Shown: positions 38,662-44,047 of the stretch, piece after piece
How positions within the stretch are numbered: position 1 is the stretch's first letter
How the letters are laid out: the number at the start of each line of letters is the position of its first letter
Source of the DNA: a virus
Lineage: Duplodnaviria > Heunggongvirae > Uroviricota > Caudoviricetes
IMG/VR virus record: IMGVR_UViG_2671180473_000014
Length of the DNA: 44,047 nt
Direction: 5' to 3' (one strand)
Translations under genes and position numbers: made by a program
Notes under the pieces: generated by a model
Databases searched by the model: none
The model's input: only the letters and a program-made list of their open reading frames with translations
Told to the model about the DNA's origin: nothing

Positions 38662-41262
38662 ATGAGCACAAAACCACTCTTCCTGTTACGGAAAGCGAAA
38701 AAATCATCCGGTGAACCTGACGTCGTCCTGTGGGCAAGCAACGATTTTGAATCGACCTGTGCCACTCTGGACTACCTGATCGTTAAGTCAGGTAAAAAAC
38801 TGAGCAGCTATTTTAAAGCTGTTGCCACGAATTTTCCTGTCGTTAATGACCTGCCCGCTGAAGGTGAGATCGATTTTACCTGGAGTGAACGCTATCAACT
38901 CAGCAAAGACTCCATGACATGGGAACTAAAACCGGGAGCAGCACCAGACAACGCTCACTATCAAGGCAATACCAACGTCAACGGCGAAGACATGCCTGAG
39001 ATTGAGGAGAATATGCTACTCCCAATTTCTGGCCAGGAACTGCCCATTCGTTGGCTTGCTCAACACGGCAGCGAAAAACCGGTAACGCACGTTTCACGCG
39101 ACGGACTCCAGGCATTACACATTGCTCGGGCTGAAGAACTACCGGCTGTTACTGCCCTGGCTGTTTCCCACAAAACCAGCCTGCTCGACCCGCTGGAAAT
39201 TCGCGAACTCCACAAACTGGTTCGTGACACTGACAAAGTTTTCCCTAATCCTGGTAATTCAAACCTGGGACTGATAACTGCTTTTTTCGAAGCATACCTG
39301 AACGCTGACTACACCGATCGAGGACTGCTGACAAAAGAGTGGATGAAGGGTAATCGTGTTTCACACATCACTCGCACGGCTTCCGGTGCTAATGCTGGCG
39401 GCGGAAACCTCACCGATCGCGGCGAAGGTTTCGTACACGATCTGACGTCACTGGCGCGGGACGTAGCCACTGGCGTACTGGCCCGTTCAATGGATCTGGA
39501 CATCTATAACCTTCATCCGGCACACGCTAAACGCATTGAGGAAATTATCGCTGAAAATAAACCGCCCTTTTCTGTTTTCCGCGACAAATTCATCACCATG
39601 CCTGGCGGGCTGGATTATTCCCGCGCCATCGTGGTTGCGTCCGTAAAAGAAGCACCAATTGGGATCGAGGTCATCCCCGCGCACGTCACTGAATATCTGA
39701 ACAAAGTACTGACTGAAACCGATCATGCCAACCCTGATCCGGAAATCGTGGATATTGCCTGCGGTCGCTCCTCTGCCCCGATGCCGCAGCGAGTAACAGA
39801 AGAAGGAAAACAGGATGATGAAGAAAAACCGCAACCATCTGGAACAACGGCAGTTGAACAGGGAGAGGCTGAAACAATGGAACCGGACGCAACTGAACAT
39901 CATCAGGACACGCAGCCGCTGGATGCTCAGTCACAGGTAAATTCTGTTGATGCGAAATATCAGGAACTGCGGGCAGAACTCCATGAAGCCCGGAAAAACA
40001 TTCCATCAAAAAATCCTGTCGATGCCGATAAATTGCTTGCTGCATCACGTGGTGAATTTGTTGACGGAATTAGCGACCCGAACGATCCGAAATGGGTAAA
40101 GGGGATCCAGACTCGCGATTGTGTGTACCAGAACCAGCCAGAAACGGAAAAAACCAGCCCGGATATGAATCAACCTGAGCCAGTAGTGCAACAGGAACCG
40201 GAAATAGCCTGCAATGCCTGCGGCCAGACTGGCGGGGATAACTGCCCTGACTGTGGTGCGGTGATGGGCGACGCAACATACCAGGAAACATTCGATGAAG
40301 AGAGTCAGGTTGAAGCTAAGGAAAATGATCCGGAGGAAATGGAAGGCGCTGAACATCCGCACAATGAGAATGCTGGCAGCGATCCGCATCGCGATTGCAG
40401 TGATGAAACTGGCGAAGTCGCAGATCCCGTAATCGTAGAAGACATAGAGCCAGGTATTTATTACGGAATTTCGAATGAGAATTACCACGCGGGTCCCGGT
40501 GTCAGTAAGTCTCAGCTCGATGACATTGCTGATACTCCGGCACTGTATTTGTGGCGTAAAAATGCCCCCGTGGACACCACAAAGACAAAAACGCTCGATT
40601 TAGGAACCGCTTTCCACTGCCGGGTACTTGAGCCGGAAGAATTCAGTAACCGCTTTATCGTAGCACCTGAATTTAACCGCCGGACAAACTCCGGAAAAGA
40701 AGAAGAGAAAGCGTTTCTGAGGGAATGCGCAAGCACAGGAAAAACGGTTATCACTGCCGAAGAAGGCCGGAAAATTGAACTCATGTATCAGAGCGTTATG
40801 GCTTTGCCGCTGGGGCAATGGCTTGTTGAAAGCGCCGGACACGCTGAATCATCAATTTACTGGGAAGATCCTGAAACAGCAATTTTGTGTCGGTGCCGTC
40901 CGGACAAAATTATCCCTGAATTTCACTGGATCATGGACGTGAAAACTACGGCGGATATTCAACGATTCAAAACCGCTTATTACGACTACCGCTATCACGT
41001 TCAGGATGCATTCTACAGTGACGGTTATGAAGCACAGTTTGGAGTGCAGCCAACTTTCGTTTTTCTGGTTGCCAGCACAACTATTGAATGCGGACGTTAT
41101 CCGGTTGAAATTTTCATGATGGGCGAAGAAGCAAAACTGGCAGGTCAGCTGGAATATCACCGCAATCTGCGAACCCTGGCTGACTGCCTCAATACCGATG
41201 AATGGCCAGCTATTAAGACGTTATCACTGCCCCGCTGGGCTAAGGAATATGCAAATGACTAA
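38662..41262 (+). CDS. recE: Exodeoxyribonuclease VIII (RecE)
   Basis: 866-aa [57 protein letters not shown]... matching E. coli K-12 RecE in length and sequence as recalled. Confidence 0.95.
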   Translation: MSTKPLFLLRKAKKSSGEPDVVLWASNDFESTCATLDYLIVKSGKKLSSYFKAVATNFPVVNDLPAEGEIDFTWSERYQLSKDSMTWELKPGAAPDNAHYQGNTNVNGEDMPEIEENMLLPISGQELPIRWLAQHGSEKPVTHVSRDGLQALHIARAEELPAVTALAVSHKTSLLDPLEIRELHKLVRDTDKVFPNPGNSNLGLITAFFEAYLNADYTDRGLLTKEWMKGNRVSHITRTASGANAGGGNLTDRGEGFVHDLTSLARDVATGVLARSMDLDIYNLHPAHAKRIEEIIAENKPPFSVFRDKFITMPGGLDYSRAIVVASVKEAPIGIEVIPAHVTEYLNKVLTETDHANPDPEIVDIACGRSSAPMPQRVTEEGKQDDEEKPQPSGTTAVEQGEAETMEPDATEHHQDTQPLDAQSQVNSVDAKYQELRAELHEARKNIPSKNPVDADKLLAASRGEFVDGISDPNDPKWVKGIQTRDCVYQNQPETEKTSPDMNQPEPVVQQEPEIACNACGQTGGDNCPDCGAVMGDATYQETFDEESQVEAKENDPEEMEGAEHPHNENAGSDPHRDCSDETGEVADPVIVEDIEPGIYYGISNENYHAGPGVSKSQLDDIADTPALYLWRKNAPVDTTKTKTLDLGTAFHCRVLEPEEFSNRFIVAPEFNRRTNSGKEEEKAFLRECASTGKTVITAEEGRKIELMYQSVMALPLGQWLVESAGHAESSIYWEDPETAILCRCRPDKIIPEFHWIMDVKTTADIQRFKTAYYDYRYHVQDAFYSDGYEAQFGVQPTFVFLVASTTIECGRYPVEIFMMGEEAKLAGQLEYHRNLRTLADCLNTDEWPAIKTLSLPRWAKEYAND

Positions 41263-42064
41263 GCAACCACCAATCGCAAAAGCCGATCTGCAAAAAACTC
41301 AGGGAAACCGTGCACCAGCAGCAATTAAAAATAACGACGTGATTAGTTTTATTAACCAGCCATCAATGAAAGAGCAACTGGCAGCAGCTCTTCCACGCCA
41401 TATGACGGCTGAACGTATGATCCGTATCGCCACCACAGAAATTCGTAAAGTTCCGGCGTTAGGAAACTGTGACACTATGAGTTTTGTCAGTGCAATCGTA
41501 CAGTGTTCACAGCTCGGACTTGAGCCCGGTAGCGCCCTCGGTCATGCATATTTACTGCCTTTTGGTAATAAAAACGAAAAGAGCGGTAAAAAAAACGTTC
41601 AGCTAATCATTGGCTATCGCGGCATGATTGATCTGGCTCGCCGTTCAGGTCAAATCGCCAGCCTGTCAGCCCGTGTTGTCCGTGAAGGTGACGAGTTTAA
41701 TTTCGAATTTGGCCTTGATGAAAAGTTAATACACCGCCCAGGAGAAAACGAAGATGCCCCTGTTACCCACGTCTATGCTGTCGCAAGACTGAAAGACGGA
41801 GGTACTCAGTTTGAAGTTATGACGCGCAAACAGATTGAGCTGGTGCGCAGCCAGAGTAAAGCTGGTAATAACGGGCCGTGGGTAACTCACTGGGAAGAAA
41901 TGGCAAAGAAAACGGCTATTCGTCGCCTGTTCAAATATCTGCCCGTATCAATTGAGATCCAGCGTGCAGTATCAATGGATGAAAAGGAACCACTGACAAT
42001 CGATCCTGCAGATTCCTCTGTATTAACCGGGGAATACAGTGTAATCGATAATTCAGAGGAATAA
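41255..42064 (+). CDS. recT: Single-strand annealing recombinase RecT
   Basis: 269 aa [62 protein letters not shown]...; start overlaps the recE stop by 8 nt. Confidence 0.95.
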   Translation: MTKQPPIAKADLQKTQGNRAPAAIKNNDVISFINQPSMKEQLAAALPRHMTAERMIRIATTEIRKVPALGNCDTMSFVSAIVQCSQLGLEPGSALGHAYLLPFGNKNEKSGKKNVQLIIGYRGMIDLARRSGQIASLSARVVREGDEFNFEFGLDEKLIHRPGENEDAPVTHVYAVARLKDGGTQFEVMTRKQIELVRSQSKAGNNGPWVTHWEEMAKKTAIRRLFKYLPVSIEIQRAVSMDEKEPLTIDPADSSVLTGEYSVIDNSEE

Positions 42065-42119
42065 TTCAGCCTGGCGGTGTAATGCACCGCCAACTTGAAA
42101 TATTTTTATGAGAAAAATT

Positions 42120-42269
42120 ATGAGATATGACAATGTTAAACCATGTCCATTTTGTGGTTGTCCATCAGTAACGGTGAAAGCCATTTCAGGATATTACCGA
42201 GCGAAGTGTAACGGATGCGAATCCCGAACCGGTTATGGTGGAAGTGAAAAAGAAGCACTCGAACGATGA
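42120..42269 (+). CDS. ralR: RalR (restriction-alleviation / type I toxin endonuclease), apparently truncated by a premature stop at codon 50
   Basis: MRYDNVKPCPFCGCPSVTVKAISGYYRAKCNGCESRTGYGGSEKEALER-TGA; the same frame continues after the stop as NKRTTGNNNGGVHV-TAA, which is the K-12 RalR C-terminus as recalled (there the stop position is Trp). Confidence 0.6.
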   Translation: MRYDNVKPCPFCGCPSVTVKAISGYYRAKCNGCESRTGYGGSEKEALER

Positions 42270-42306
42270 AATAAACGAACCACTGGAAATAATAATGGAG
42301 GTGTTC

Positions 42307-42495
42307 ATGTATAAAATTACCGCCACTATTGAAAAGGAAGGTGGCACTCCTACTAACTGGACAAGATATTCAAAATCTAAACTAACGAAATCAGAATGCG
42401 AAAAAATGCTCTCAGGTAAAAAAGAAGCAGGCGTTTCCAGAGAGCAGAAAGTAAAACTGATAAATTTTAATTGCGAGAAACTTCAGTCCTCGTGA
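42307..42495 (+). CDS. ydaC: YdaC
   Basis: MYKITATIEKEGGTPTNWTRYSKSKLTKSECEKMLSGKKEAGVSREQKVKLINFNCEKLQSS; alternative start at 42295; Rac synteny. Confidence 0.6.
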   Translation: MYKITATIEKEGGTPTNWTRYSKSKLTKSECEKMLSGKKEAGVSREQKVKLINFNCEKLQSS

Positions 42496-42594
42496 ATTGC
42501 ATTGTATTCAAATTAAAACTTCATAGCTGATTATTAATAATCAACATCGGGCGTCAATTTAAGTCTAACATTGGCGCCTGCCAGAGGTGATGCG

Positions 42595-42810
42595 ATGGCA
42601 CAAGTAATCTTTAATGAAGAGTGGATGGTTGAATACGGCCTGATGCTTCGCACTGGTCTGGGGGCCAGACAAATTGAAGCATACCGCCAGAACTGTTGGG
42701 TGGAAGGCTTCCACTTCAAACGAGTATCTCCTTTAGGGAAGCCAGACAGTAAGCGAGGGATTATCTGGTATAACTATCCAAAGATAAATCAGTTTATCAA
42801 AGACTCATGA
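42595..42810 (+). CDS. xisR: Excisionase XisR (YdaQ)
   Basis: 71 aa [71 protein letters not shown]; stop overlaps the intR start region. Confidence 0.8.
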   Translation: MAQVIFNEEWMVEYGLMLRTGLGARQIEAYRQNCWVEGFHFKRVSPLGKPDSKRGIIWYNYPKINQFIKDS

Positions 42811-42811
42811 T

Positions 42812-44047
42812 ATGTCTAAATTACCAACAGGTGTCGAGATTCGAGGTAAATACATTCGCATCTGGTTCATGTTTCGAGGAAAACGATGTCGGGAAACATT
42901 GAAAGGCTGGGAGGTTACTAACAGTAACATTAAAAAAGCCGGGAATTTAAGAGCGTTGATAGTTCATGAAATCAATTCCGGTGAGTTTGAGTATTTAAGA
43001 CGTTTTCCCCAGTCCAGCACTGGGGCAAAAATGGTGACAACGAGGGTCATAAAAACGTTCGGGGAGCTTTGTGATATCTGGACAAAAATTAAAGAAACAG
43101 AGTTAACAACAAACACAATGAAGAAAACGAAATCACAATTAAAAACACTCAGGATAATAATTTGTGAGAGTACTCCGATATCGCATATTCGTTATAGCGA
43201 TATCTTAAACTACCGGAATGAACTGCTGCATGGAGAAACGCTTTACCTGGATAATCCAAGATCCAACAAAAAAGGAAGAACCGTGCGCACAGTTGATAAC
43301 TATATCGCCCTGCTCTGTTCGTTGTTACGTTTTGCGTATCAGTCGGGATTTATATCAACCAAACCATTTGAAGGAGTAAAGAAATTACAGAGAAACAGAA
43401 TAAAGCCTGACCCGTTATCTAAAACAGAATTCAATGCATTAATGGAAAGTGAAAAAGGACAGAGCCAGAACTTGTGGAAATTTGCCGTATACTCCGGGCT
43501 TCGTCACGGGGAACTGGCTGCTCTGGCGTGGGAGGATGTGGATTTCGAGAAGGGAGTTGTGAATGTCAGAAGAAACCTGACGATACTGGATATGTTCGGT
43601 CCCCCAAAAACAAATGCGGGGATCCGGACGGTAACACTACTGCAGCCTGCTCTTGAAGCACTGAAGGAGCAATACAAACTGACCGGGCATCATCGCAAAA
43701 GCGAAATCACTTTTTATCATCGGGAGTACGGCAGAACCGAAAAGCAAAAACTGCATTTTGTTTTCATGCCCAGAGTGTGTAACGGAAAACAGAAACCTTA
43801 TTACTCGGTAAGCAGTTTGGGTGCGAGATGGAATGCAGCAGTAAAACGTGCTGGTATTCGCCGCCGTAATCCGTACCATACGCGGCATACTTTTGCCTGC
43901 TGGCTGTTGACGGCAGGAGCGAACCCGGCGTTTATAGCCAGCCAGATGGGGCATGAAACTGCGCAGATGGTGTATGAAATTTACGGTATGTGGATTGATG
44001 ACATGAACGACGAACAGGTAGCCATGTTGAATGCGCGGTTATCGTAG
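42812..44047 (+). CDS. intR: Tyrosine-type site-specific integrase IntR
   Basis: 411-aa ORF MSKLPTGVEIRGKYIRIWFMFRGKRCRETLKGWEV... with C-terminal catalytic region (...RHTFACWLLTAGANPAFIASQMGHETAQMVYEIYGMW...); stop codon TAG is the last three bases of the window. Confidence 0.95.
   Translation: MSKLPTGVEIRGKYIRIWFMFRGKRCRETLKGWEVTNSNIKKAGNLRALIVHEINSGEFEYLRRFPQSSTGAKMVTTRVIKTFGELCDIWTKIKETELTTNTMKKTKSQLKTLRIIICESTPISHIRYSDILNYRNELLHGETLYLDNPRSNKKGRTVRTVDNYIALLCSLLRFAYQSGFISTKPFEGVKKLQRNRIKPDPLSKTEFNALMESEKGQSQNLWKFAVYSGLRHGELAALAWEDVDFEKGVVNVRRNLTILDMFGPPKTNAGIRTVTLLQPALEALKEQYKLTGHHRKSEITFYHREYGRTEKQKLHFVFMPRVCNGKQKPYYSVSSLGARWNAAVKRAGIRRRNPYHTRHTFACWLLTAGANPAFIASQMGHETAQMVYEIYGMWIDDMNDEQVAMLNARLS

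Overview
The window is a near-complete Rac-like lambdoid prophage of an Escherichia coli-type host, and it ends exactly at the stop codon of the integrase gene intR. The right arm (+ strand, about 35.9-44.0 kb) carries the Rac early/recombination/integration genes racR, ydaG, ydaF, kilR, ydaE, racC, recE, recT, ralR, ydaC, xisR and intR, with sieB on the opposite strand. The rest is on the - strand: ydaS-ydaT-ydaU-ydaV (immunity/replication), two HTH-type proteins, an AT-rich cargo island (about 28.3-32.3 kb), nin-like genes (DUF1367-like, ybcO-like), a Q-like gene, two lipoproteins with a TolA C-terminal-like domain, a P21-type lysis cassette, trkG, a ParB-like plus glycosyltransferase-like pair, small and large terminase, portal, head genes, and the tail module through a 3'-truncated J. 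The strongest candidate for an undescribed system is a tightly coupled two-gene operon (about 340 aa and 333 aa) in the AT-rich island at 30112-32151; its function is unassigned and the defence hypothesis is inference only. Other notable points are the TolA-domain lipoprotein pair, a yeaR-like gene behind an NsrR-box-like palindrome, a -1 frameshift site in the tail chaperone gene, and a premature stop in ralR. Three N-runs (1821-2120, 4190-4446, 23676-24039) interrupt J, K and the R/Rz junction. All homology statements come from reading the ORF translations and recalling known families; no database search was run.
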